From: Octopus sinensis | Taxonomy: Eukaryota | DNA: 64,000 nucleotides | NCBI RefSeq assembly: GCF_006345805.1 | Contig: NC_043002.1 | Coordinates: 73,098,001 to 73,162,000, forward strand | Direction: 5' to 3' | Shown: one piece after another, positions 12,611 to 25,910 of the stretch | Layout of the letters: every line of letters begins with the position of its first letter | How positions within the stretch are numbered: position 1 is the first letter of the stretch | Translations under genes and position numbers: made by a program | The notes under the pieces: model-generated | The model's input: only the letters and a program-made list of their open reading frames with translations | The model's database searches: none | What the model was told of the DNA's origin: nothing

Positions 12611-13104
12611 TGAGTTGAGGGAGAAAATTCACTGCTATTTCTAGCGAGCCAAACTACTATGCAGAGGCTCTTTTGTCAGTCCATAGACTGCACTCTTTAC
12701 TCCTTTCTTGCTACACCCCTTTGCTGCAGACTCATTTGGCATGTAGCCTAACCTGGGAAAACTGCTTATAATAGTTAAATTAGTTGTTGGCATATCTTAT
12801 GCAGAAACTATTAAATATGCCAACTCTGACTTAACTAATTGTTTTGCATGCAGAAGGTGCCTCTGAAATAGCCATTTGTTGATGATAGTAATAATAATAA
12901 TGATGGTTTCAAGTTTTGGCACAAAGCCAGAAATTTTAGGAGGAGGTGGGTAGTCGATTACGTTGACCCCAGTACTCAACAGGTACTCATTTTATCAACT
13001 CTGAAAGGGTGAAATGCAAAGTTGGCCTTGGCGAGAATTTGAAGTCAGAATGCAAAGAACCAGAAGAAATGCTAGCTACTAAGCATAATAATAATAATAA
13101 TATT

Positions 13105-13490
13105 TAGGAGTGGCTGTGTAGTAAGAAACATGCTTCCCAACCACATGGTTCCTGGATCAGTCCCACTGTGTGGCATCTTGGGTAAGTGTCTTCTACTATA
13201 ACCTCAGGCCGACCAAAGCTTTTTGAGTGGATTTGGTAGACGGAAGCTGAAAGAAGCCCATCGTGTATATTTATATGTGTGTGTGTCTGTGTTTGTCCCC
13301 CCATCATTGTTTGATGGCCAATGTTGGTGTGTTTATGTCCCTGTAACTTAGCAGTTCGGCAAAAGAGACCAATAGAATAAGTACTAAGGCTTACAAAGAA
13401 TAAGTCCTGGAGGTCGATTTCTTCAACTTAAGACAGTGCTCCAGCATGGCCACAGTCAAATGACTTAAACAAGTGAAAGAAATAAAAGAA
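13105..13490 (+). mobile_element. SINE family A
   Basis: AGGAGTGGCTGTGTAGTAAG head through ...CAAATGACTTAAACAAGTGAAAG tail. Confidence 0.9.
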
Positions 13491-13689
13491 AATAACCCCT
13501 TCTTCTATACACACAAGGCCTGAAATTTGTTGTTAGGGGAGCAGCTAGTTGATTGCATTGACCCTTAAAGTATAAAAGTCAAAGTTGATTCCTAGCTGAA
13601 AAGAATGAATAGCATGGTACTGTAGGCTGCAGGTAGTAAACCCGATACTCCTGCAAGACTCCAGGAGCTCCAGCTAAAACTGCGATAAA

Positions 13690-14278
13690 GAGATAATAGT
13701 GTTTTTAAATTTTGGTGAAAGACCAGAAATTTTAGGGGAAGGGCATAAGTTGACAGCATTGACTGCAGTACTTGACTGGTACTTGTCTTTATCAACCTTC
13801 AATAGAAGAATGGCAAAATTTTGACCTTAGCAGGAACTGAGCCGAACCCAAATAGTAAAGAGCCAAAATATAATAATAATAACATCCTTTCTACTATAGG
13901 CACAAGGGCTGAAATTTGGGGGTGGGGGGGGTAAGTTAATCACATCGACTCCAGTACTTGACTGGTACTTAATTTATTGACCCCCAAAAAGATGAAAGGT
14001 GAAGTTAACCTCGGCAGAATTTGAACTCAGAACATAACGGCAAAGTACCGCTAAGCATTTCACCCAGCGTGCTAACAATTCTGCCAGCTCGCCACCTTAA
14101 TAATGATAATTCTTTCTGCTAAAGGCACAAAGCCTGAAATGTTGTGGAAGGTGTAAGTCAGTTAAATTGACTCCCAGTGCTCAATTAGTACTTATTTCAT
14201 TGACCCCAGAACGATGAAAGGCAAAGTCAACCTTAGTAGAATTTGAACTCAGAATGTAAAGACAGAAGAAATGTCTTT
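13690..14278 (-). mobile_element. Cluster of three family B SINEs (best copy 13884-14097)
   Basis: Reverse complement of GGCGAGCTGGCAG...TTCTGAGTTCAAATT...TTTCATC...AAGTACCAG repeated head-to-tail with (AAT)n spacers. Confidence 0.8.
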
Positions 14279-14374
14279 TCCATTTCTAGGTAGATGCACA
14301 CAACCAATAATCATCTTTAAGTATGATATTATCTTAGACTTTAATTTTGGCTCACTGATTTGATACTTGCTTAC

Positions 14375-14665
14375 TTTTACTTGTTTCATCATTTGACTGC
14401 GGCCATGCTGGAGCACCACCTTTAGTCAAACAAATTGACCCCAGGACTTATTATTTTTAAGCTTAGTACTTATTCTATCTGTCTTTTTTACTGAAACGCT
14501 AAGTTACAAGGATGTAAACTCACCAACATCTGTTGTCAAGGCTTTGATCAGCTTGCAGCTATAGTAGTAGCAGACATTTACCTGGGGTACCACACGGTTG
14601 GACTGAACCCAAAACCACATGCTTGGGATATAAACTTATTAACCGCACTCCCATGCCTGCGCTTA
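14375..14665 (-). mobile_element. SINE family A (internally deleted)
   Basis: 3' half plus head of the family consensus. Confidence 0.8.
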
Positions 14666-16874
14666 GTTTGATAATTATTTGCCAATAGTCTCTGACTTTT
14701 ATAAAGTAAATCAATGTTCAGTTCTTCATCACAAAGAACTGGAGATGGATATTATAAAAGTTAGAGATTGCATCAGTTAATGATTCTTTTAGCACTTTAA
14801 ATGGATTAATATTTACCTACATGGATGATGAAATTTATAAATGATGTGGATGTGATATGCTGTCCGTTATAGTTTCTCCTCCTCAATTTGTAATGTTTGT
14901 TAGCAATCAACTTGATATACGTACATAGACAATTTAATCTCTCTATGTACATTAGCAATTATCTCATTATACATACAAGCAGTCATCAATTCACTGTATA
15001 CTTAAGAAGTTAATTAATTGTGTAAGTAAGTACTCTTCACTTTTAATATAGACACAAATTACTATTATACACAATTTTCTGTTTTTAATTTGTTTATTTT
15101 TATTATGATTCATTTAGTGGAGGAGACGCAGTGCTCGGCCCTCAGAGGCAGGTGGGATTTGTATTGTTGGAGTTCAGCTTGAACTTCTGTTGGTTGATGT
15201 TTGTAGGAAAAAAACTTGATTCATCACCCTGTTTAACACAAGCACTTGGCCCTTTTGGTGTTACCTTTAGCAGAGTTCACTCTAGGTCATTTGTTTCAGT
15301 TTAGCTTCCTTCTTTGCCACAAGTCAGAGAGGCCCTGATCAGATCCGTGCACACTGTCCTTCCTTTTCTGTCCAAGCTTTAAAAAAATTAATATGTGCAA
15401 ATTGGGAATTACAAAGTGCTGCAGATCTGCAAGGAGGAATGTGTGTAAAAAAATGCTGAATATGAGGTTTGAGTAAATAGCTGAGGCTGGGATAATGAGA
15501 GAAGGAGAAATGCCAGAAGAAACACTGCTAACCATTTTGTCCAGCTCACCATCTCAGTAATAATTCTTCCTAACTTTGACACAGTTTTAGCAGGGAGTGG
15601 GGTTAATCAATTACATTGACCCCAGTGCTCAAAATTTGAAATCATCATTTATTTATTTTATTGATTCCAAAAAGATGAAGGGCAAAGTTGACATTGACAG
15701 TATATGAACTTAAAAACATAAAGAATCAGGACTAACATAAATCAGTGGAGCATCGGAGGAAATGCTATGATGTAGTTTTTCCAGTTCTTTATGTTCTGAG
15801 TTCAGATCCTACCACGGTCAGCTTTGCCCTTCAACATTTTGAAATTGATAAAATAAAGTACCAAGTGAAGTACTTGGGTCCATATAAACAACTAAACTTT
15901 TCATTAAGGGTTTATTCATTTGGGGTTGACCTGGGGCTAGCCAACATTATCATGAGATTTTACTTAATTTGCACAAGCCAGTAAAAGGACCTCTACACAG
16001 TTGTCCAACCTGCTTGAGACAGCACACAAATCTCCCTCAAATCATACCCCATTATCTAAAAAAAAAGAAAGAAAAATGCAGAGGAAAGCACATTAGATAA
16101 TGCAGTCTCAGATACCCTAAAAAGGCTGGAGGGTCACGATTAGAATATCATTGTTCATAGACCTGCTGGATCAGACTTCACCTAGGGCTAAACAACAACA
16201 TATGGTCTTTACTTGGTGGTCTGACAGGGTTTTTTAAATAATATTTTTGATTTTTGTTCTCGTATTTTCTTTTCTGTGATATTTTCTTTTGTGTGTATCT
16301 AGCTGTAAATGATTTGGATTGTGTGTGTGTATACTTTATCATGTGACCTTCATAGTAGGTCTAGCGGTTGTCTTGTGTTTGTTTAACAAATGTACCAACT
16401 TGCAGAGTGCTGTCTTATCTTACCTTTCTACCAACTGTGTTCTTTTGTGGTGGTTGTTGTTCCATGTGTTTCACATCATTAGACTGCTAGTCTGGTTCTT
16501 GTATTACTTCTCTCCACCTTGCAACAAATAGTTTCAGATGTTTGCTGAAGTTCATTGTAATGTTTGGAAAGAGTAGCTTTAATTTTTCTTACACATGCAC
16601 ACACATTTTATAATTGTTTGTTCTGATGTCATTCCTAGGGTGGTTTCTTTGTAGAATAAACCAATATGTCTTTGCTTAGTTTGCAACTGCAGTCAGTCAA
16701 ATACTCATGCCATACTGCCAAGAACTTCAAATATATTTCTAGATTTTCCATTCCATAACAAAACTCTGTGTGTGTGTGTGTATGTTACATTTTACTTTGG
16801 TGTCCCAAAAGTTTTGTGCTGTATTAGAGTAATTTCAGGCCACCCACTTCAGAAGATTTTATTTTTTAATCAAT

Positions 16875-17160
16875 GTATGGATGAGGACAGCTGCGTGAAG
16901 AAGTTTCACACCCTAACATTGGAGGGAATCTGTGGAAGAGGTAAACCCAGGAAGACCTGGGATGAGGTGGTGAAGCACAACCTTCGAACATTGGGCCTCA
17001 TAGAGGCAATGACAAATGACTGAGATCTTTGGAGATATGCTGTGCTTAAGAAGACCCAGCAAGCCAAGTGAGATCATAGCCATGGCCTATGCCAGTGTCG
17101 CATAACCGGCCCATTTAAGAGTACCTTTCAGTTGTCAATATTCTGTGCTTTAAGAGACCT
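16875..17160 (+). mobile_element. RTE LINE 3' fragment (RT C-terminus plus start of 3' UTR)
   Basis: Encodes MDEDSCVKKFHTLTLEGICGRGKPRKTWDEVVKHNLRTLGL, the RTE C-terminal GxRGRGRPRKTW motif; same family as 54306-55134. Confidence 0.85.
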
Positions 17161-17164
17161 TTTG

Positions 17165-17522
17165 AGTCAAGTGAAATTGTTGCTGTAGCCGACGCCACAA
17201 TCACGAATGACCATGGGATTGCACCTAGAAAGTTCCCCTCCAAAGCACAACAGCGGGTAAGGTTGTTTATGGAAGACCAGCAGTCGCCCATGCATAGCAG
17301 TCTCCCCTCTCCATGCCACTGATGTTGTCCAAGGGAAAGACAAAGGCCAATACAGCTTAGCATCAATGACGTCACAACTCATTTCTACAGTGAGTGAACT
17401 GGAGTGATGTGAAATAAAGTGGCTTGCTCAAGAACACAACACACAATCCAGTCCTAGAATGGAACTCACTACCTCATGATTGTGAGCCCAGTGCTCTAAC
17501 CACTCAGCCATGCACCTTCACT
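17165..17522 (-). mobile_element. SINE family D, near full length
   Basis: Reverse complement begins GTGAAGGTGCATGGCTGAGTGGTTAGAGC and shares its core with 1157-1342. Confidence 0.85.
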
Positions 17523-18223
17523 TTTTCAAATGTAATGCTTATTTATTCATATTGTTTTGTGTTAATCATGCATTATCTCATAGGTATGAAAAGTTGAATT
17601 TGGTCAGTTTGAACATGAAACAGAAAGAATATTTGGGCCAGACATGGCTGGTTTAAATACTAAGGGGTCAAACTGCATCTGGTTAGTGGGGCTCAGGAGT
17701 TCTAAGGTTTGTAGAGTGTGTAACCACCTTTTATCCACAGTTGTTCCCTGGACTACTCTGATCTAGAGTAGTAGCAACTATCAGGGTTTCAACTGTATGT
17801 TAATTACCATGTAATTGGTGTCCGGGTACACAATAAAACCAGTGGATGTGAAAAACCTCTGGTTACTGTCACAGCCTCCTTCTAGGAGAGGGACACTCTC
17901 TAAGAAGTGTCCTGTGGTTTCATATGATAACTGGTCATCTCATTGCCTGCCACTAGGTACCAATCACATGCTCATGTTGTACAAGCATTTATCATTATAA
18001 TCTAATGACCCACAGATGTCTCTTTATGGTAACCTTATTTCTCAGTCATTCAACCAAAAGTCCTATGGTGATGAAAAAGTGGCAATGGGTGCAGAGCTAA
18101 CCAGCTGACAGCCGTGCAGATTTGTGAATAGTCATCCGAGAGGTCATGGATGGAAAGTCGAAGTGTCATTGACAATGAGAAAGTACAAAGAAATTGCTAT
18201 CATATGAAATGAAGCAATCACCA

Positions 18224-18270
<47 letters not shown>

Positions 18271-18410
18271 AAGGATTTTATAAGGATAATAACAGTGAGC
18301 ATTAATTAAATCTCTAGAGTTAGAAATTTTGTCAATGAAATTAGGAAATGTGTGTTTGTGTGTCTTTATATGTATGTGCATGTGAATATATATATATATA
18401 TACGTAAAAC

Positions 18411-18714
18411 ATTGCCCTTTTCAAGCCTAGTCAGGCTCATGGGCCCAGTTTCCCGGTTTCTGTGGCATATGTGTTCCCCTCAGCTGGACGGGACGCCAGT
18501 CCATCACAGCGTTACCCAAGAAACAAGAAGAGAGAGTGAGAGAAAGTTGTGGCGAAAGAGTACAACAGGGGTCACCACCACCCCTTGCCAGAGCCCCGTG
18601 GAGCTGTTAGGTGTTTTTGCTTAATAAACACACACAACGCCTGGTCTGGGAATCGAAACCGCGATCCTCCGATCGCGAGTCCACTGCCCTAACCACTGAG
18701 CCATTGCACCTCCA
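18411..18714 (-). mobile_element. tRNA-derived SINE, family C
   Basis: Reverse complement GGAGGTGCAATGGCTCAGTGGTTAGGGCAGTGGACTCGCG...GGTTTCGATTCC; flanked by an ATATACGTA direct repeat. Confidence 0.9.
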
Positions 18715-19136
18715 CACATATACGTATGTATGTATGTGTATAGGATATTGTCAACTGGTCACAGTTATATGATATTGTAAACTGGTAAGCTTTTTTTCTT
18801 TCAAATTTCATGGCAAATGCCAGAATAAACTGTCTCTTTTCGAAAGTCAGTAATATTGTATATCTAAACTTAAAATATACGTTCAGTTCTCTGTTATCTC
18901 AAATACACTCTTATAACTGACTTTTTATCTTATATTATTTATGTTTTTTCATTAAATGTTTTATAAAATTCTTTTATTTTGTAAAATATGATAAAAATAA
19001 ATCAAATATTTCTGTGATAAAAAGTATATGCGAATATATCTACACATTCTGAGACGAATTGAAATTGTTTTTTATTGTTATTCCTCCTCCTACTCCTTCT
19101 CCTCCACATCATCATCATTATCATCATAATCATCAT

Positions 19137-19169
<33 letters not shown>

Positions 19170-19962
19170 CATCATCATGGCTTTTGATTTAGACTCAAAG
19201 ACAGAAATTTAAGGGGAGAAGAAATGTCACATTCACTCACAAAGCCTTGTGAGTGGATTTGGTAGGCAGAAATTGAAAGAAACCTATCATATCTATCTCA
19301 CTGTCTGTCTGTGCGTTTGTGCAAGTTTGTATTTCCCTTGGTTTTTACTGGTTTGTAAACGGTAGCTTCTTTACATGCCTTGACGTGCTGCACGAGCTTT
19401 GTAAACGAAAGGCTCATTCATTCATTCATAGTGCATCCTTTATTTCCATTTCTCTGCATGAAACATGCCTGAACAATTTGTTGTTTAATAAACTGGAAGA
19501 TTACTACCCCACTTGGAAACAAGAGGAGGTTGGCAACAGGAAGAGCATCCAGTCACAGAAGCTCTGTCCCAAAGTGCTCTTGTCTCACCCATGCAAGCAT
19601 GGAAAAGTTGACATTAAAAAGATGATGATGATGATGATGATACTGATGGTGGTGGTGGTGATGGTGATGATGATATTACCAGACAGTCTCTCTCCCACAA
19701 CCCATTCCTTCAAAAAACATGTATGATATATACAAGCATGTACTTATTTTGTTTATGAATTGCTGGTATGGACACTGCACTTCGTTTTGCAACCATGATA
19801 TACCACCAAGTATGTGAAAGGTTTATATAACTCAATACTGTGCCTCACCTGTGTTAGCAGTGTTACAAATTCACATCTTAAAGTTATCTCTACAGACATT
19901 CTATAGAAATTAGAGCCAGCACGGTATCAACTAGTACTGGCTCTAATATCTATAGTATATCT

Positions 19963-20169
19963 CTCTTTTACTTGTTTCAGTCATTTGACTGCGGCCATGC
20001 TGGAGTACCGCTTTTAGATGAACAAATTGACCCCAGGACTTATTCTTTGTAAGCCTAGTACTTATTCTATTAGTCTCTTTTGCTGAACCGCTAAGTTACA
20101 GGGACGTAAACACACCAGCATCGGTTGTCAAGCGATGTTGGGGGGACAAACACAGACACACAAACATAT

Positions 20170-20202
<33 letters not shown>

Positions 20203-20626
20203 CATATATACAACAGGCTTCTTTCAGTTTCTTATTTCTTTATTGCCCACAAGGGGCTAAACATAGTGGGGACAAACAAGGACAGACAAAGGGATTAAGC
20301 CAATTGGATCAACCCCAGTGTGTAACTGGTACTTAATTTATCGACCGCGAAAGGATGAAAGGCAAAGTCAACCTCGGCAGAATTTGAACTCAGAACATAA
20401 CGGCAGATGAAATACTGCTAAGCATTTCGCCCAGCGTGCTAACGTTTCTGCCAGCTCGCCGCCTTAGGCTCCTTTCAGTTTCTGTCTTCCAAATCCACAC
20501 ACAAGGCTTTGGTCGACCCAAGGCTATAGTAGAAGACACTTGCCTAAGGTGCCACGCAGTGGGAATGAACCTGGAACCATGTAGTTGGCAAGCAAGCTAC
20601 TTACCACACAGCCGCTCCTGTGCCTA
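19963..20626 (-). mobile_element. SINE family A interrupted by a family B SINE (20231-20466)
   Basis: The two A halves join at a duplicated target GGCTTCTTTCAGTTT (20216-20230) / GGCTCCTTTCAGTTT (20467-20481). Confidence 0.9.
20231..20466 (-). mobile_element. tRNA-derived SINE, family B, full length
   Basis: Reverse complement GGCGGCGAGCTGGCAGAAACGTTAGCAC...GGGCAATAAAGAAATAAG; 15-bp TSD (14/15 identical). Confidence 0.92.
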
Positions 20627-22018
20627 TAAGAACTTTAAAAAGCTATCTTGTTTACGCATCTGAAATAAAGGAAGTTTCAGCCATATCAATTAATCATTGG
20701 ATTGTTGATATCTATGAAGCACCGGAATGCCTGTTTATCCATGATATATGTTTTAGTTGGAACGCTATAGGTATAATGATAGGATTGGTTATGTTCTGAT
20801 GTGATTCTCAAATGTCTGAAATTTACTTTGCTAATAAACAAAAATTCATGCTATGGGTTCAAATTGCAACTGCAGCATTTATTCACACAGCTGATTGATA
20901 TATTGCAAAATGACATGTGATCTTAGTCATCATCATCATTATCATCATGATTGTTTTAATGTTCACTTCTCTGCGCTTGCATCTGTCTGACAGAATTTGT
21001 GGAAGCCGTTTTTCTACAGCTGGGTGCCTTTTCTGTTGATAACCTTCATCTGTTTGCAGACATGTTTTTTACAGAAGCTTGGGTAGGAATTATGCTTGTT
21101 TACAACCATCACAGAATGCCAAAACAAGATAACACCCACCCTCAAACACATATACATACAGACATTCATACATTCACGTGTACACACACATACATACATA
21201 CATACATACATACATACATACATACATACATACATACATACACACACATATATACACACATATAAATACACACATACACTCATACACACATACATACATA
21301 CATACATACATACATACATGCACTCCTACACACACAAATACACACACACACACAAACATACATATCTGTATACATATGATGGGCTTCTTTCAGTTTCTGT
21401 CTTCCAAATTCACTGACAAGACTTTGGTCATGGCTATAGCAGGGAGAAGACATTTGCTGAAGTTACCATTCAGTAGAACTGAACCTGAAATCATCTGTTT
21501 TGGAAGCAAGCTTCTTAATTGCACTGCTATGCCTGGAAAGATGCAATACATTGAGGCTAATCAAAATAAGGACCAATCCAGTGTGGTGGAAGAGACTCAC
21601 AAACATTCAAGCCAGATCCCCATTTTGAGGGATCCCTTCCTCCCTCCACCAATACATTGGCTCCAGAAGGATGAAAGGCAAAGTTGTCCTCAGCAGGATT
21701 TGAAATCAGAGTATAAAGAGCTGGAACAAATTCTGTAAAGTATTTTTTCTGATGCCTTTATGATTCTGCCAATAATAACTATGACAACTCCAACGATACC
21801 AATTTTCTGTGGTTCTCATACCTTGGGGTTTCCTGCCATTCGGCCATAGTGTTTGCTTAAGAGTGCCATTTGGTCAGACCTGATCAAGTGGACTCATGGC
21901 TAAAGGGCTTTCCGGTTGTAACTATTCAGTCATTTTGAATATCTTGGGCTCTGTTGATCAATGTGTCCTTCTTCTCTGTTGACAGTATGGTTTAATGATA
22001 TTTGGTTGATGTTTAACG

Positions 22019-22615
22019 TGGCAAGCTGGCAGAAACGTTAGCACACTCGTCGAAATGCTTAGTGGTAGTTCGTCTATCTTTACGTTCTGAGTTCAAATTC
22101 TGCTGAGGTCAACTATGCATTTCATCCTTTTTGGGTCTTAAATTAAGTATCAGCTGTATACTGGGGTCGATCTAATCGACTGGCCCCTTCCCCAAAAAAT
22201 TCAGGCCTTATTCCTAGAGTAGAAAAGAATATATTGAGTATTACAGGCAGTGAGCTGTCAGAAATGTTAGCACACTGGGCGGAATGCATAGCAGTATTTT
22301 GTTTGTCTTTATGTTCTGAGTTCAAATTCCACCATGGTCAACTTTGCCTTTCATCCTTTTGGGGGTCGATAAATTAAGTACCAGTTGTGTACTGAATCAA
22401 TCTAATCGACTGGCCCCCTCCCCAAAAATTTCAGGCCTTATGCCTAGAGTAGAAAAGGATATTTGGTTGCTGTTTCTTGCAAGTAGATCATTAAGAGTAG
22501 TCAATTGGCAGAGTCATTAGAGCATTAGGCAGAGTGCCTAATGGTATTTGATCTGATTCTCTGTGTTCTGAGTTCAAATCCCACTGAGGTCAACTTAGCT
22601 TATCATCCTTTTCAG
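22019..22615 (+). mobile_element. Three head-to-tail family B SINEs
   Basis: Heads at ~22019, ~22246 and ~22497, each with TTCTGAGTTCAAAT. Confidence 0.85.
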
Positions 22616-23739
22616 GCTAATCAAAATAAGGACCAATCCAGTGGGGTGGAAGAGACTCACAAACATTCAAGCCAGATCCCCATTTTGGGGGATCCCTCCC
22701 TCCCTCCCTCCCTCCCACTAATCTTGGAGGCCCTTCAAAAGGCCAATTGGCATTGCCTTCCTTCCTGACTAGAAGATAACAATATATATCTTTTACTTCT
22801 TTTAGTAGTAGTAGTAGTAGTAGCAGCAGCAGTAGATAGTTTCAAGCTGAATTTGAAAACTTAATTGCAAATTCTTTTCTGATGGAATTTTTATTCTATA
22901 GCAGAAAGATTATTCAAAACTGGACTTGATAATAATAAATTTAACTTCTCTCTTCATTTTCATTTTTAATCTTCGCAATTAGGTGAAAAAGAAAAAGTAA
23001 AATACAAAATATATTTTCATATAATTTAATCTTGATACATGCTGTGAATTTTACATATATACATATACATACATACATACATGAATGCATACATACATAC
23101 ATACATACATACATACATACATACATGCATTTGTGTATGTGTGTGTGTATATATATATATATCCAAATAAATGCAAAAATTGTAATATATACTAATGGTA
23201 TAAAATATTTTCATGTATCTAATGAGACACAAACAAACATGTGCACACACACACACACACATACACACACACACACCCATGTACACACAAACATAGTGTT
23301 GAGATATAAACATAATATCATTAGTATTGTGTTTACAGCATTTACTGATCATTAGTGGCCAAATCATACTTCTTTTTTTTTTTGGTCTCTTTTTCTGGTT
23401 CATTGGTTTAAGAACAGTTTTTTGCACATAACAGTAAATATTATGTCAAATGTAATTACTATTTTCAATTCAGTCACATCCCATTTAGTTACCATAGAAA
23501 CCAATAACAGAAAATACCTTCTTATGCAAGCTTCTTGAATTTCAATTCCCCATTAGAATGGTATTCATCCATATCAGGAAATAGGTTTGACTTCCTCCAA
23601 TCTGCATTTGCACGCTAATGCCTGATGTGCTACAACTAGTTATATTAATAACGTCTCAGCTTTAATTTGTACATGACATCCAATATATTTTATTCAATAT
23701 TCCATTTAACTATACATGCCGACATATTCACATCTTATG

Positions 23740-23845
23740 TAGGCGCAGGTGTGCCTATGCAATTAAGCAGTTTTGCTTAGCAACCATTTTGGTCTTGGCT
23801 TCAGTCAACAGAAACTGAAAGAAGCCTGTCATATATGTATCTATC

Positions 23846-23895
<50 letters not shown>

Positions 23896-23914
23896 CATAT
23901 ACATACATACATAT

Positions 23915-23963
<49 letters not shown>

Positions 23964-24332
23964 ATAGATAGATAGATAGATAAATATAGGCATGGCTGTG
24001 TGATGAGAAGATTGCATCCCAACTACATGGTTCTGGGTTCAGTCCCATTGTGTAGCACCTTGGGCAAATGTCTTCTACTACAGAGTCAGGCTGACCAAAG
24101 CTTTATGAGTAGATTTGGTAGACGGAAACTGAAAGAAGCCCATCGTGTGTGTGAACCAGTGTTGGTGTATTTACAGCCCTGTAACTTTGTGGTTTGGTAA
24201 AAGAGACTGACAAAATAAGTACGGGCCATACAAAAAAATATATTAAGTACTGTGGTTAGTAAGTTCAACTAAAACATTTTTCAAAGTGTTGCCCCTGCAT
24301 GGCTGCAGTCTATTGACTGAAACAAGTAAGGG
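23740..24332 (+). mobile_element. Two family A SINEs separated by CA/TA microsatellite
   Basis: Heads TAGGCGCAGG at 23740 and TAGGCATGGCTGTG at ~23986. Confidence 0.8.
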
Positions 24333-25028
24333 ATAATATATATATATATATATATACATATACATACATACATACATCTATGTGTGTGTGTATCCTTATC
24401 TTCACATCGTGTGATGATTGTAAATGATAGTTGTTTGCGGTCTTCTGTTTGGCCATGGAAAAATATTACCTTGCTTAGAAACAGGTCAGAGTTGGTAACA
24501 TGAAGGACATCCGTCCATAGAAAATCTACCTCAACAAATTTCATCTGATCCATGGAAACATGGGAAAATGTATCTTAAATGATAATGATGATATACACAT
24601 ATATATATATAATAAATCTCTGAACGAGGTATAAACAGTAGCTGCATGACAATGTGAAGTATATTTGTCACTTAAATGTGGCTAACCACTAAGAGATTTA
24701 TTATTGCTTGTTTACACATTTTTGAGATCAGTGACTTTTTGTCACTGGAAAAAAGATATATGTATTTGCATTGGAACCCCTTCGCATCGAAGACCAGTGA
24801 TTGTCGTGTGCCAACGATGGGTAAATACTCAGAAACCCGGGTTCATGCATATCACGTCAAGTCGACAATGGGAAGGATGGCTTCCGTTTGCAAATACTGA
24901 TAGGGTACAGAAAGTGTGTCAATAGCCAGCTGGAGAAGATGTTCGCCTGGGGCTATAAGCTACAGTAGCATCCACCCTTAGTGGTCAGCCAGATTTACGT
25001 GGCAAATATACTTTACATGTGTATATAT

Positions 25029-25060
<32 letters not shown>

Positions 25061-25512
25061 AGAGGATAATTTTATAACTTTGTTAAACCGAAGAGCAAAA
25101 ATAAAGATAGGACTGCGGGCTGGAAGTGCTCGGGTGACACCGAGGCGAAAGGAGAAATAAACTGAAAGGTATATATATAAAGAGAGATAGAATGGGGGGA
25201 GGGGTAGAGAGAAAAATGCATACTCACATGTAGGCTTCATCACAGTTTCAGTTTACTGTTCCACTCATAAGGCATTAGTGACGCCTCAGGTTACCATAGA
25301 GAAGGCATTTGCTCAAAGTTACCACACACTGGGTTTTGTCATACAAGTGGACTTGTTTGTTTCCTTAAAGCACATAGTTATGAAGTGAGCTTCTTAATCA
25401 TACAGCTATACCTGCTCTTAAAGTCATGAACGTTTTAAAATCCAAGGTTAGTTTTATACAGAATTGTTATAACATGAAAGAAGTATGTGTGTGTGTGTGT
25501 GTGTGTGTGTGT

Positions 25513-25910
25513 CTTTTACTCGTTTTAGTCATTTGATTGTGGCCATGCTGGAGCACTGCCTTGAAGGGGTTTTAGTCAAACAAATCAACACCAGGGCTTA
25601 TTTTTTAAGCTTAGGACTTATTCCTGTCAGGCTCTTTTGCCAAACCGCTAAGTTATAGGGATGTAAACACACCAACACTGGTTGTCAACTGGTAATGAGT
25701 GGGACAAACACAGACACAAAGACACACATATAGACACATATGCACACACACTCACACACACGACATGGTTCTTTCAGTTTCTATCTACCAAATCCACTTA
25801 CAAAGCTTTGCTCGGCTTTAGACTATTGTAGAAGACACTTGCCCAAGGTGCCATGCAGTGAAACTGAACCCGGGACCATGTGGTTTGGGAAGCAAGCTTC
25901 TTACCACATA
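25513..25910 (-). mobile_element. SINE family A
   Basis: Consensus match on the - strand. Confidence 0.88.

Noticed and set aside
23517-23602. Minus-strand AG...GT-bounded segment
   Set aside because: Stop codons in all three frames.
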